Assembly (NCBI RefSeq): GCF_018350175.1
Contig: NC_058378.1
Location: 4,650,001 to 4,714,000 of the forward strand
DNA: 64,000 bases
Source of the DNA: Felis catus
Taxonomy: Eukaryota
Direction of reading: 5' to 3'
The notes beneath the pieces were generated by a model. That model searched no databases and had not been told where the DNA came from. It saw only the letters and a list, made by a program, of their open reading frames with translations. A program made the position numbers and the translations under genes. Shown piece by piece: positions 33,886-46,438 of this stretch. Numbering within the stretch: position 1 is the first letter of the stretch; every line of letters begins with the position of its first letter.

Positions 33886-34125
33886 CAAGGACACAGTATC
33901 TGTTCATTTGTGATGACATTTCTTGTGGAGACAGCAGAGGGCGCTCTTCCATTAAGATAGGCTACTTTATCCGCTAGGAAATCTGCTTCAAAATGTTTAC
34001 TGAAGAGCAAGAAACGGACTAATACAATGATTATCTTAATGGCTTTCTTCAATTTATCAGTTTTCCAAAGAGATTGTTTCTTGAATTTAGATACCATTAG
34101 TAGTATTCCTGTCCATTCAATCATC
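33886..34125 (-). pseudogene. Relic exon (240 nt) with one open frame
   Basis: Acceptor cattttcaag| and donor TTG|gtattt. Open frame MIEWTGILLMVSKFKKQSLWKTDKLKKAIKIIIVLVRFLLFSKHFEADF... in otherwise AT-rich non-repeat DNA. Confidence 0.45.
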
Positions 34126-34318
34126 CTTGAAAATGTATGAAAACTACAGACCGGCCAAGAAAAGTCATCTACTCACATGTACATAAAAAATGAGTGAAGA
34201 ATTTAGGGAGATACTAAAAATATAACTGGAATATTTCCAAAATGTGTCCAATAATTTTTCAAAGCCAGTTTAAAAATTTCTTTTCTTATGGAAAAATTCA
34301 AACATAAAAAAGCAGAGA

Positions 34319-34541
34319 GGGGCGCCTGGGTGGCTCAGCCTGTGTAGTATCTGACTTCATCAGCTCAGGTCATGATGTTGCAGTTCGAGCCCCACATTGG
34401 GCTCTGTGCTGACAGCTCAGAGCCTGGAGCCTGCTTCCGATTCTGTGTCTCCCTCTCTCTCTCTCTCTGCCTCCCCCACTCACATGCCTGCATGGGCCTG
34501 TGTGCTCTCTCTCTCTCAAAAATAAACATTCAATTTTTTTT
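34319..34541 (+). mobile_element. Can-SINE
   Basis: TSD aaaaagcagaga. Confidence 0.95.
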
Positions 34542-36139
34542 AAAAAGCAGAGAAATTAAAATGATGAACTCATAATCCCTATCCCTTCTCCACTACGTCT
34601 CCCCCAAGAAAAATACCCTCTGGATGATTTTCAACCCAGTTCCAATGATCACATCAATCCTGCCATCAATTATGTATCTCAGAAGGATAAAAAGTTAAAA
34701 AAAATAACCAAACAGTATTGTCACACCTAAAAAAATGAACAATAATTCCTTAATATCAAATATCAGACTATTGTTACCTCATAATTTTTTACATTGATTG
34801 GCTTAATGGACCTGGAGAAAGGTGTAGTAGACTGCATTTGATTACTACGTCTCTGGAGGCACTTTGAATTCATAGGTCATTCCTTTTTTTTTTTTTTTTT
34901 TCTTGTCCCCCCTTAAGAAATTAAGTTTACCTTGAGCCTTGTTGCTCAAAGTACAGTCCATGGGCCACCAACTCTGACAGCTTCTGACAGTTTATTACAA
35001 ATGAAGAATTTCAATCCCACCCCAAACTACTGTCAGACTTTGCATTTTAACAAGGTCGTCGGGCAATTTATAGGCATGTTCAAGGATGAGCACTCCTGTC
35101 GAGTTTCTTATCGTCTGTATTTTGCAGATTGCAACTCTGTGATGCCATTTAGCATGTTCCTCTGTCCCCCGCATTCCATGTCACTGTCATTAAGTCTGCA
35201 GGACTGACCAGACTGAAGGGTAATTTCCTGGCAGAACTACTTCCTGGGTGTTTTGTGTACTCTTACCAGGTGGAGTGTAATGTCTGACTTCAACACTTTT
35301 TATGTTATTATGAGCCACTGATCATCATTGCTTTTGCCTAGTAAATTATTTCCTAGTTTGCAAAATGATACACTACCTTTATTACCTCTTCTTTTATTAA
35401 CTGAGATAATTTTAAAAAGAGAAAAGATTTTTCTCATCTACTTGATCTATTTGATCTAAAGTTTGTGCAGAAAATGTAAGCTCAGTTTTCAGAATGATAA
35501 GTCATTCCCTAGTCAGGAACCAAAGGTGTCCAGGAGGTTTTTTTAAGTGTAATTATGGATTCATGACATTTGAAAAAATTACATTTGGCTGTAATTCACC
35601 AAATCTGGTTCTTGTTGATTAGTCAGTTGATTATTTTGTTGATTTTTCAGTCCTTATGCTTACTGATTTTCAATTTGTCCCAATTGTGGCTATTAGGATA
35701 CACTTCTTGATGGTTCCTGATTCTTTTGACATGACCATGAGGTCAGGATTCTTTGATAGCTTTCCCTGCTCTCTGTTATCACAATATATTCCAGGCTTAT
35801 CTTGTACATTTCCTGTCCCAGTCCTGAAATCAACCATTTCTCTAAGGATCCTTAGCTGGATTTAGGAGAAAATGGTTTTTAGAGATTGGAAGTTGTGCAT
35901 TGGAATGGTACTCACTGCAGCTGAATAATCATTCATTGTTGGTTCTAGGATATTTTCCAGGATAGAACTAAGAAATGCACTTTTATATGAATATATATCT
36001 TGAGTTATACTAATAATTTCAAATTCAAATTTGTTAATACAGGATTTTTGTTTCTCAAAATTTTTATTATGAAAATCTTGATTCCTAATGATATTAACAT
36101 AATCATTTACAATTTTATCTTTTAAATTTTTTAAAAATT

Positions 36140-37455
36140 AAAAAAAAATGTTTTTAATTATATAATTTATTGTCAAATTGGTTCCCATACAACACCGGGT
36201 GCTCATCCCAAAAGGTGCCCTCCTCAATGCCCATCACTCACTTTCTCCTCTCCCCCACCCCCCATCAACCCTCAGTTTGTTCTCAGTATTTAAGAGTCTC
36301 TTATGGTTTGCCTCCTTCCCTCTCTGTAACTTTTTTTTTCCCTTCCCCTCCCCCATGGTCTTCTGTTAAGTTTCTCAGGATCCACATATGAGTGAAAACA
36401 TATGGTCTTTCTCTGCCTGACTTATTTCACTTAGCATAGTACCTTCCAGTTCCATCCACGTTGCTACAAATGGCCAGATTTCATTCTCATTGCCAAGTAG
36501 TATTCCATTATATATATAAACCACACCTTCTTTATCCATTCGTCAGTTGATGGACATTTAGGCTCTTTCCATACTTTGGCTATTGTTGAAAGTGCTTCTG
36601 TAAACTGGGGTACGAGTGCCCCTATGCATCAGCACTCCTATATCCCTTGGGTAAATTCCTAGCAGTGCTANNNNNNNNNNNNNNNNNNNNNNNNNNNNNN
36701 NNNNNNNNNNNNNNNNNNNNNNNNNNNNNNNNNNNNNNNNNNNNNNNNNNNNNNNNNNNNNNNNNNNNNNNNNNNNNNNNNNNNNNNNNNNNNNNNNNNN
36801 NNNNNNNNNNNNNNNNNNNNNNNNNNNNNNNNNNNNNNNNNNNNNNNNNNNNNNNNNNNNNNNNNNNNNNNNNNNNNNNNNNNNNNNNNNNNNNNNNNNN
36901 NNNNNNNNNNNNNNNNNNNNNNNNNNNNNNNNNNNNNNNNNNNNNNNNNNNNNNNNNNNNNNNNNNNNNNNNNNNNNNNNCTTCACTGGATTATTTGTTT
37001 TTCGGGTGTGGAGTTTGGTGAGCTCTTTATAGATTTTGGATACTAGCCCTTTGTCCGATATGTCATTTGCAAATATCTTTTCCCATTCCGTTGGTTGCCT
37101 TAGTTTCGTTGATTGTTTCCTTTGAAGAAGTTTTTATCTTGATGAGGTCCCAATAGTTCCTTTTTGCTTTTAATTCCCTTGCCTTTGGAGATGTGTCAAG
37201 TAAGAAATTGCTGCGACTGAGGTCAGAGAGGTTTTTTCCTGCTTTCTCCTCTAGGGCTTTGATGGTTTCCTGTCTCACATTCAAGTCCTTCATTCATTTT
37301 GAGTTTATTTTTGTGAATGGTGTGAGAAAGTGGGCTAGTTCCAACCTTCTGCATGTTGCTGTCCAGTTCTCCTACACTATTTGTTAGAGAGACTGTCTTT
37401 TTTTTCCATCGGATATTCTTTCCTGCTTTGTCAAAGATTAGCTGGCCATACATTT
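36140..37455 (-). mobile_element. 5'-truncated feliform L1 (L1_Fc-like): ORF2 C-terminus plus 3' UTR; gap 36671-36980 inside
   Basis: Minus ORFs MKDLNVRQETIKALEE, YGQLIFDKAGKNIRWKK and ALLGIYPRD are L1 ORF2 motifs. 3' UTR catacaacaccgggtgctcatccca. Confidence 0.95.
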
Positions 37456-38199
37456 TACACATGCCAAATAGTATTAGAATAACAAGACAAAATCATCACC
37501 AATGACATTATTACTGAAAGAAGTTTTATGTTGGTTTTGTTTTGAAGTTATTTGTTCTTAGCATATATCCCAGTAAAAATGTACAGCCAAATTGCTGTGC
37601 GTTAAAAGTAGTCTGAAATAATTCCCATTTGGTTCTGTCACCAACTCCATGCAGAAAGTTTATCTATTTCATTTTGTTTTCTGTGTTTAGGAATGCTTTT
37701 CATTTTCACGTTGATTTAATTTTGCTTTATGTATGTAGATCATTTTCAGGGTTCCAAAGTGCAATCTCTTAAAACAGGATGTATTCTGAGAAGTGAAGCC
37801 AGGAGAACCTATTTTTCAAAAAGTCTACCTGGGTTGATTTCACAACAGGGAACAGCAGCTAAACCAGGTCAAAAGTGCACGTGTTCCGGGGCCAACGCAG
37901 CCCAGGTAGGAAGCCTGGCCTGCCGCTCTTGGCTCCTCAAAATGCAGTGCGGGCCAGCTGAAGCGGTCTCCCGGCGTACAGCCTACTCATTTAAGAAGTG
38001 GTTGTACCGTGTCATTCACGCACGGTCGTGTGTCAGGCTGTGAACAATCCTACCACACGTTTGGGATGGGGGGGGTGAGGTCATGAAGGGAAGAGAGGCG
38101 AACGTGTATGTTTAATCCGGGGGAGGTCATTTCATCTTTCCGGTTCTTTCATTATCATTAGTATTTGTCTTCACGAAAATGAGAAAGTTGAATCAGAGG

Positions 38200-38760
38200 A
38201 CGGTTCAAGTCCTTGCGGGCACTTGGACTCTGTGCTGTTGCGCGCGTGGTAGGGGGATCCCCACGACAGCCCGTCCGCGCCTTGCCGCCCGCGAGCCGCT
38301 CGTCACACGGACCTGGAGTCCGACGCCCTTCCCTTTGGGTCCGTGGGCCCACAGGACTCGGAGGAAGTCGGTTCCAGGACTCGCGGGGCTGGCCCTGAGG
38401 AACGTGGCAGCGTCCGCCCGCGCGTGTGGGGAGCTCCAGTTCCGGAGGAAGCGACTCCCCGGCTGAGCAACGCACCTCTCCTGAGACTCTCCTGCCGGGA
38501 GCCAGCCCGGGCCGGCCTCGCCGAGCAAACACGAGCGGGAGCGGAAGCGGAAGCGGAAGCGACCGGCCGGCCCTCGTCTGTTGCCGTCGCCTAGCCTTCG
38601 GCACGCGCCGTGGCGCCGTGAAAACGCCTTGTTACCTGTCACGCGGAGTCGGGCCCCCAGATGACCCGGCCCGGCTGCGTCTGTCTGCTACCACACGACA
38701 GACTCGGCGCGGTAAGTGCCCGACCCCCCCCCCCACCTCCTCCCCAGTCCACGGAAACCT
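38200..38760. promoter_or_regulatory. CpG-island promoter with three tandem ETS/GABP sites
   Basis: Dense, undepleted CpG. gcggaagcggaagcggaagcg at 38541-38561. Consensus donor GCG|gtaagt at 38711/38712. Confidence 0.85.
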
Positions 38761-39024
38761 GAGAAGCGCTGAGAAACTAACCGCCAGCTTGTGGGGTGAT
38801 TTTGGAAACGGCAGGCAACCAAGATAACATATGATAATTGCTATACGAAAAATAATCCAAACTCACGAAAGAAGACAAGACTAACTTTGTGGGAAATGGG
38901 GACTTTCTTTCAAGAAGGCATTTTGGTGAGGTCTTGATGGATAAGAAAACACACTGAGGACATCTATGGGGGCAGAAGTATAATACGGAATATCTGGGGG
39001 AGGCTTACTATCAAGAGTATTTTA

Positions 39025-39456
39025 GGGGTGCTCGAGTGGCTCACTTGGTTAAGCGTCTGACTTCGGTTCAGGTCATGATCTCAGGGTTCGTGGATTCGAG
39101 CCCTGCGTCGGGCTGTGTGCTGACAGCTCAGAGCCTGGAGCTCAGAGCCTGCTTTGGATTCTGTGTCTCCCTCTCTCTGCTCCTCCCCTGCTCATGCTCT
39201 CTCTCTCTCTCAAAATAAATAAACTTAAAAAATATTTGCCATTAGGGGCGCCTGGGTGGCTCAGTTGGTTAAGTGACCGACTTCGGCTCAGGTCATGATC
39301 TTGCCGTCCATGAGTTCAAGCCCAGCGTTGAGCTCTGTGCTGACAGCTCAGAGCCTGGAGCCTGCTTCAGATTCTGTGTCTCCCTCTCTCTGCCCCTCCC
39401 GTGCTCATTCTCTCTCTCTCTCTCTCTCAAAAATAAATAATTTTTTTTTAATTTTA
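39025..39456 (+). mobile_element. Two head-to-tail Can-SINEs (39025-39232 and 39245-39456)
   Basis: Both are full length. aagagtatttta flanks the pair (39013-39024 and 39457-39468). Confidence 0.95.
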
Positions 39457-40155
39457 AAGAGTATTTTAATATAAAATTCAAAAATTAACTCAATATTTTT
39501 TATAGTTTCATCTATTAAAAACCAAGAACATGTCACAAAAGAAAACCTCAACTAAAGCAAACTATAGTCCCACTGCATATCCATATGCTCATGGCGGACC
39601 TAAATTTAACCAATAATAGCATATAAAGTAGTGAATGGCGAGAACGGTCCATACAACGTCCAAATAGTTTTTACAGTTCACACTATTTCTCTCAGCTCCT
39701 CTCCTTTATATGAGTCAGAATCAGACGTTTGCTAACACAGGTGCAGAGTGCTCGTATTCTAGTTTCACATGCCTGAAAACCAGGTAAGGACATTAGAAGT
39801 TGCTTATATTTGGGTGGAAACTGCAGACTCTGATTAAGCTCCAAGGAAGACCATCCCTGCCCTGCCTGCACTAGGATGTGAAAGACAACTTCGGGCTATC
39901 AACTTTTGTTTTGTTTTATTTAAGCTTATCAGCGTATTGTGAGCATTTCTTCATGTCCTAAGTGTTGTTTTAAAACACAGCTTGAATTGGCTGAATATTA
40001 TCCCATCCTTGTGCCTTCTCATATTTAACTACTCCCCCCACAGTAGGACATTTCGGTTGTGAATTTTCATTTTATAAATAATCTGTGATGACTATCCTTA
40101 TGGTAAACTAGTTGTGCCCATGTATGATTTTTTTCGTTAAGAAATGAATAGACGA

Positions 40156-40356
40156 GGGGCGCCTGGGTGGCTCAGTTGGTTAAGCGTCCAACTCAGGCCA
40201 TATTCTCACAGTTGATGAGTTCAAGCCCCACGTTGGGCTCTGTGCTGACAGCCTGGAGCCTGGAGCCTGCTTCAGATTCTGTGTCTCCCTCTCTCTCTGC
40301 CCCTTCCCACTCCCTCTCTCTCTAAAAAATAAGCATTATAAAAAAATGAAAAATAA
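40156..40356 (+). mobile_element. Can-SINE
   Basis: aagaaatgaa(t/c)aga on both flanks. Confidence 0.95.
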
Positions 40357-41035
40357 AAGAAATGAACAGAGGATCTTTATTGTACTTTTTAATCCTGGGC
40401 GTCTATGAAAAAAAAAAAAAAAAGACACAGAATGGTAAAATTGGCCACAGTTGAGGATATACAATAATTTAAAACACGATACCACCCTGCTTTCTCTCAA
40501 GCATTATTTCTCTCTCACATGGTTCCAGATACAAGTGGTATAAATGTTAGAATAAACAACAAATTTGAAGAAGCTGAATTTAAAAACTTCTCTATTATGG
40601 ATGTCTACAATCTGGAGTCAAACTTGGTCATAATCATCCTGGAACATTTTTAGGCAGCTTAGGGAAGAGATTTAAAAACTTCGTTGCACACTATAATCAT
40701 CTGGGAATTTATTTAAAATAGGAATTCCTAAGTTCCAAGCCTCTAATATTCAGTGTATTCTTTCAGAACTACTGGCTGAAGACATAACTGTACTGGAGAC
40801 CTGGTACACATACGCCTGAATTAAAATATTTAGCTAAATTGTTCTAAGTAATTCTAGGCCACACAGTATCCTTAGTATTCTCAAAATTGATGCTGATGAT
40901 TATAGATTCATCACCTTGTGTTTTACCTCCAGATCCCTAACACATATTTGTTACATTTTCCCTTCTCGTCTTTCATTTATCCCCCTCTCTGTGATTTTCT
41001 AGGAGAGATTGCCTTTTATCTCAATCATTCTTTAC

Positions 41036-41333
41036 CAATATGTAATTTTCAAGCATGATCATGGAAAAAATGCAAGTTTTTCTTTTCAGATAAAGTTCTC
41101 TGTTAAGTGTTCTTCAGACATCAATTAAAGGAATAGTACATCTTCTGATTCGAGACTCTGGGCAGACTACTTGGAGCAGGTGATTTGGGACAGGGTGGTA
41201 TTCCGGTCACGTCGTGAACAGAGAACAAACTGCAGAAGCAAAAATGTTTCAGGTCCATAGATATAAAAACTAAATCACACTTTGGACATATCTTCATCAA
41301 ATACGATATGAAAAATTACTTGCTCAAAGGTAG
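41036..41333 (-). pseudogene. Relic exon following the DDX60-like C-terminal segment
   Basis: Acceptor aaatttccacag| and donor TTG|gtaaag. Reads either LPLSK* (phase 0) or (A)TFEQVIFHIVFDEDMSKV* (phase 1). Confidence 0.4.
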
Positions 41334-41825
41334 CTGTGGAAATTTGTTACAACTTTTTCATTCTAATTTATCGTAAGAAAGCCCTATTGAAGATACTACA
41401 CAACCCAAGGGAAAGAACTTGGACCTGGAGACTAAACTATAAAGGGACTGTGAGAAAGAGAGAAGAAAGAGCAAAAAGGAATGAAATGGAGATGAAATAA
41501 CTCACCCAGTTACCCCTCCAAGTGATGGATCTTGGAGAACAGCACACGTACTCCTCTTTCCCACACACTATCAATCTACCAGTATACAACAGTGTGTCCT
41601 CGAAACGGGCTCGTCAAATTGCCCATTTTTTTCTGCTATGTTAGGATTTTGTCAGGGGTTCACCTTCTCAGGGAAATCGTGGTTTTGCTTTTTTCACGCT
41701 TCCCAGATGTTTGCTTCATTCTCCCATCTTTGTAAATTGCCCAGTTTACAGTCCTAGGTAGTAAAATGGCTGACTATGGGGAGATCATCAACATAAGTAA
41801 TCACAAATCAGATTGTTTCATGACC

Positions 41826-41856
<31 letters not shown>

Positions 41857-42454
41857 TCATAAACTTCACTTGTTGATAGAGAAAGGGAATTTGTTTGTAA
41901 AATCAACTGAAAGACTGGATGATCAAACAACAGAAGGAATATGACACATCTGGGTCCTAACACCACCTGGGAACCTGATACCCATGTGACCCAGAACTCA
42001 CTCTCCATTTATTCTTCAGGAGATATTTGGATGCAGGGACACCAATCACACATTATTGGCCCAACTTGCTAAAGAGGAAGCAAAGGCTAGAGGGTATAAG
42101 TGACTTCCTGAGTCCATACTAGCTACTAAGTAAGAGAGTCAGACTGGAAACGGGACCAGTATGTCTCCAGAGCCTAAACTGGGAAACTCTAAGGTCTGAA
42201 CACACCTCACTTGTTATCTAATGTGCCAGAACTAATTTCTTAATGTCAGTCATAATTAAATAGACTAAAATCTGTTATTTATTCTTGTTGTGTTAAAATA
42301 AATGAAAATTAGTGAAAATTAATCGACGGTTTAATGAACATATTTTCATCATTTAAGAAGTGTATCTAAAATACATTGAATTGAGAAACCCAACATTTGA
42401 GGTAGAAAATAAAAGTCAATCATGGTCGGTATTGTGCACCTAAAGGCTACTTAC

Positions 42455-42607
42455 CTTTTTCTACATGCCACAAAAAGTAAACTTGGATTACCCAAGTATG
42501 GCTTGGAAAATAGCAATTACATCATCATCGACAACAACAATCTGATCTACTGATGTTCCACCATGTTATTCTAGTATCTTGACTGTTACAGCGAAATTGA
42601 TGACATC
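42455..42607 (-). pseudogene. Relic exon resembling the DDX60 extreme C-terminus
   Basis: Acceptor ttgttag|, perfect donor AAG|gtaagt, 153 nt. DVINFAVTVKILE*HGGTSVDQIVVVDDDVIAIFQAILG resembles remembered DDX60 LLKDFALTIKSISVSLRELCENEDDNVVLAFEQL. Confidence 0.6.
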
Positions 42608-42753
42608 CTAACAACGCAAGCCATTGTTATAGAGCTATAAAACCTAACTTTTAAATGTTTTTGAATTAATAACAAAACAAAGCTTCTCTTATCATTTACT
42701 TCGAATTCAGTAAGACTTATTAATCTAAAGGGAAAATTTGGGTTGGCATTTAC

Positions 42754-42924
42754 CATCATCGTTATGTACTTTCATCAATAATACTCATTAAATGCACAAG
42801 CTGACCTTTATTATTTAAATACTGCCATTTATTCTGGGATCTTCTTGTCTCCCTGAGAATTAAATTCACCTAATGTTCTTCTTCCATAATGTACAAATCT
42901 ATCCCAGAAAACCATTTGTAATAT
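42754..42924 (-). pseudogene. Relic exon, DDX60-like
   Basis: Strong acceptor ttttcttttcag|, donor ATG|gtaaat, 171 nt. YLNNKGQLVHL resembles DDX60 FDNRGRKMSL. Stops in all frames. Confidence 0.55.
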
Positions 42925-43226
42925 CTGAAAAGAAAAGTTAGCAGTAATTTCCTCTCTAGTTATTTTGTGTCTCTTTTAAAATATACTGCTGGTATAGTAT
43001 GTGAAACACTTTAACAGAATTTCTCAAAGGTCAATTCTATAAATGTCATATCTCTTATAATAATCTGATGGCTTTTAAAAAATTAAGGTTGAACCACTAA
43101 AAAATGAATTTTAAGAGACTTCTAAATCAAGAAAGATGGAATAGAAGTACTTTTCTCAAATTCCTTTTGCTAAGTACAGCTAACAACCATGGACGTTATA
43201 TATAAAAGAAACATAAAAAGACACTA

Positions 43227-43394
43227 GGGGCGCCTGGATGGCTTAGTCGATTAAGTGTCTGGCTTCGGCCCAGGGCATGATCTCACGGTTTGTGAGTTTG
43301 AGCCTCACATCGTACTCTCTGCTGTCAGCACAGAGCCTGCTTCTGATCTTCTCTCCCCCTCTTTCTGTCTGCCCCTTCCCTGCTCCCATGCTTT
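43227..43394 (+). mobile_element. Can-SINE (3' end in gap)
   Basis: ggggcgcctggatggcttagtcg head. Confidence 0.9.
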
Positions 43395-45831
43395 NNNNNN
43401 NNNNNNNNNNNNNNNNNNNNNNNNNNNNNNNNNNNNNNNNNNNNNNNNNNNNNNNNNNNNNNNNNNNNNNNNNNNNNNNNNNNNNNNNNNNNNNNNNNNN
43501 NNNNNNNNNNNNNNNNNNNNNNNNNNNNNNNNNNNNNNNNNNNNNNNNNNNNNNNNNNNNNNNNNNNNCGGCAAGGAACATCAGGACTTAAAGAACAGAG
43601 CACCAAGTTTCCTAGTTTTCTTTTAGTTTCATATATTCCAGACAGGGTGCTGGACAAGAGAACACCTGGAAATGCAAATGGTACAAACGAAGAAGTTCCA
43701 GGAAAAACTGGATGTTCTGAGATAAAAGATCAGGAGAGTGGCAGCCTAGCAAGACAGAAAGCGTTTGGACAAACAAGCACTCTGCTTTAGCCAAAAGCCA
43801 CAGAAGAAACAGAGGCTCCACCCAACAGCCAAGGGCAAGCAGGAGTCTGGTCCTCACCCTCTCCAGGCCGCAGTGAAATGCCCCAAACTCCCTGTTGGGG
43901 TGGCATCCCAGAAAACCCAAAGAGAGCCAGGGTGTTCATCCCCGTGGGGGAGTCGCAAGCTCACACGTCAAAGGTGTCGGAGGCTACACAGGGAGCCTGG
44001 GCTTCCACTCCACCTCTTGAGATCATAAAAGGTCTCCCCACTGTCATGCTAGAATGGTGTCAGAGGGGGTCCAACGAAGAGTCGAATTTTCCCCACTGCT
44101 CAGCAGGAACAAAGCCACCTGGACCCTATGGTGTCAGTGGAAGACACGTAGGCAGTAGTAGTGACACACCCCTGACTCTCCTTGCCAGGTGCTATCAGCA
44201 GAGGCCTCCTGAGAAGCCAGAAGTCCCAGCTCTACCTGGTGGCAACAAGGAGATACCCCTGCAGATGTAAACAGAGGCTGAGGAGGGAACTTGGACTTCC
44301 ACCCCACTTGGCAATAAAAGGTGGTATTCACCCTTCCTTCACCAGAGGGTTTCAGTGGTTCTGCTAAAACAGAACATTGAAATAAAACTTCAGGCCTCAT
44401 AACATAATGCCCCAAATGCCCAGAACGTGATCAATTATGACTCCACACCAAGAACCAGGAAAATTCTAACACGAATGAGAAAGACAGGGAACGGATGAAA
44501 TGTCAAGATGGTCCACATGTTAGTATTAGCTAAGAAAGATTTTAAAACAACTAAAAAAATGTTTCATTGAGTAATACAAACATGCCTGAAACTACAAAAG
44601 AGAAAATTTTGCAAAGAAATAAGAAAGTCCCAGGAAAAAAAAAGATCTAAAAAGAACTAAATGAAATTTTTTTAAATGAAAAAATGCAATAATCAGGAAT
44701 TTTTGAAGCCCTAAAGGGGTGATCTCAGAAACAGAATGCAGAGGATAGAGGACAGCATCAGGGAACATAAATACAAAATAGAAATTACCCAATCCAAACA
44801 ACAAAGACAAAATAGATCCCTCCAAAAGAACAGTACCTCAAGGTCATGTAGGAATAGAACAAAAGATGTGATGTTTATTCCATCAGAGTCCAGAAAGAAC
44901 ACAAGCAAAAGAGAGGAACTGAAAAGATATTCAAAGAAATAATGGCTGACAGTGTCTTAAATACAGCAAAAGACATAAACCAACAAAGTAAAGAATCTGA
45001 GTGAATCCCAAATAAGGTAAATCAAAGAAATCCACACCAAGGCCATCACAGTCAAACTTCTGAACACAAAAGACAACACAGGAATCCTCAAAGCAGTGGA
45101 AGAGAAATGATACCTTACATTTGCACGTATTACATTTCTCATCCGAAACCATGCGGGCCAGAAGGAAGTGTCACAGTATTTTAAGTGCTGAGAAAACAAC
45201 CGTTGACCCTGAAATCTATATCCAGTGAAAATAATCTTTAACAATGAAGGGGAAATCAAGTTTCATATGAAGCAAAGATAAAAGAATTTGTCACTAGCAG
45301 ACTTACCCTAAAGGAACGGCTCTCAGAAGTTCCCTAAACAAAAGGAAAATGACTAACATCAAAATCTTAGGACAAAAGGAGGGAAGAGAGAAGATCAGAA
45401 AAAGTAAAAATGCATTTCCTTCTCCTGATTTTTCTAAATCATGTTTGATGGTCAAAGCAAAATGATAATATTTGATGTGGTTTTCACTGTATAAAGAGGA
45501 AATATTTTAAATGATTACAAATAAGAGAAAGTAAAAGTAAGGTTCCTGCATTTCACTTAAATTGGTAAAAAGTTGATACCAATAGACCATGATAAGATAT
45601 GTATATACAATATAATACCTGAAACACTATAGAGAAGTCAAAATGGAATTCTAAAAAATGTTCAGTTCAATTTTTTTCATAAGAAGTCATGAAAAGCAAA
45701 ACAGAGAAATGAAAATTAGAACAGAAATCAGAAAATGTCAGATTTAAAACCTAACGCTAAATGTAAATGGCTTGAAGACACCAGTTGAAAGACAGAGTTT
45801 GGTAAAGTGGATTAAAAATGTAACCTAACTA

Positions 45832-46032
45832 GGGGTGCCTGGATGGCTCAGCCGGTTAAGTGTCTAACTCTTTATTTTGGCTTGGGTCATGATCTCATGG
45901 TTCATGAGATAGAACTCCATGTCGGGCTCTGCACTGTCAGCATGGAGCCTGCTTGGGATTCTCTCTCTCCCTCCATCTCTGCTCCTCCCCTCCCCCCACC
46001 TCAAAATTAAAAAAAACCTTAAAAACAAAAAA
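45832..46032 (+). mobile_element. Can-SINE
   Basis: TSD taacctaacta. Confidence 0.9.
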
Positions 46033-46438
46033 TAACCTAACTAGTTGTTGTTTACAGGAAACACACCAAATGTAATGACATAGGAAAGTTGAAAGAATTA
46101 TGAATTCTGTGGAAAAAAACGGATGGTTATATTTTGCTGTGGGCAAGATGCAGAGCAAGGCCTCCAAAACCGATTTCTATTCTCTGTCTCATTATCTGCA
46201 TGAACTTACCGTCTCTACCCTTTATTTTGCATAATCAGTTAAATGAGAGTTTTCCCTAAGGGGCTCCTAAATTCCCTTTCAGCTTCCAGAGTTACAAAAC
46301 AGAAAATTATTGTGAATGAACCGGAATTCACTTTAGTCAGAGGAGATGCCGTCAGGCAACTCCGATTTCCCACTCCTCCCCAAGAGCACAGCAGAGAGCC
46401 ACGCACGAACTGCGTGGAAGCAAAGTGAGGAAACGTAC

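Larger units (their letters stand above)
34270..37790 (-). mobile_element. Old L1MC-like 3' region split by a SINE, a MER5-like element (~34935-35090) and a younger L1
   Basis: ttatggaaaattcaaacata..., aacaataattccttaatatcaaatatc, tcttgtacatttcctgtcccagtcctgaaatcaaccatttctctaagga. Confidence 0.6.
38570..41330 (+). ncRNA. Predicted spliced non-coding (or 5' UTR) transcript: exon 1 ~38570-38711, exon 2 39696-39783, exon 3 from 41003
   Basis: Donors |gtaagt (38712) and CAG|gtaagg (39784). Acceptors tatttctctcag| (39695) and a long pyrimidine tract ending ttttctag| (41002). No ORF seen. Transcription is inferred, not observed. Confidence 0.45.
43115..46090 (+). mobile_element. Old L1 (L1MD/L1MC-like): 5' UTR, decayed ORF1 and start of ORF2; two nested SINEs and gap 43395-43568
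   Basis: 5' end gagagacttc...aagatggaatagaagtacttttc. ORF1-like aagaaatccacaccaagg and ctgaaatctatatccagtgaaaata. ORF2-start aaatgtaaatgg. Confidence 0.75.

Noticed and set aside
38158-38827. ORFs of 133-148 aa across the CpG island
   Set aside because: Typical stop-poor GC-rich frames on both strands, mostly with non-ATG starts and Arg/Pro/Gly-rich.
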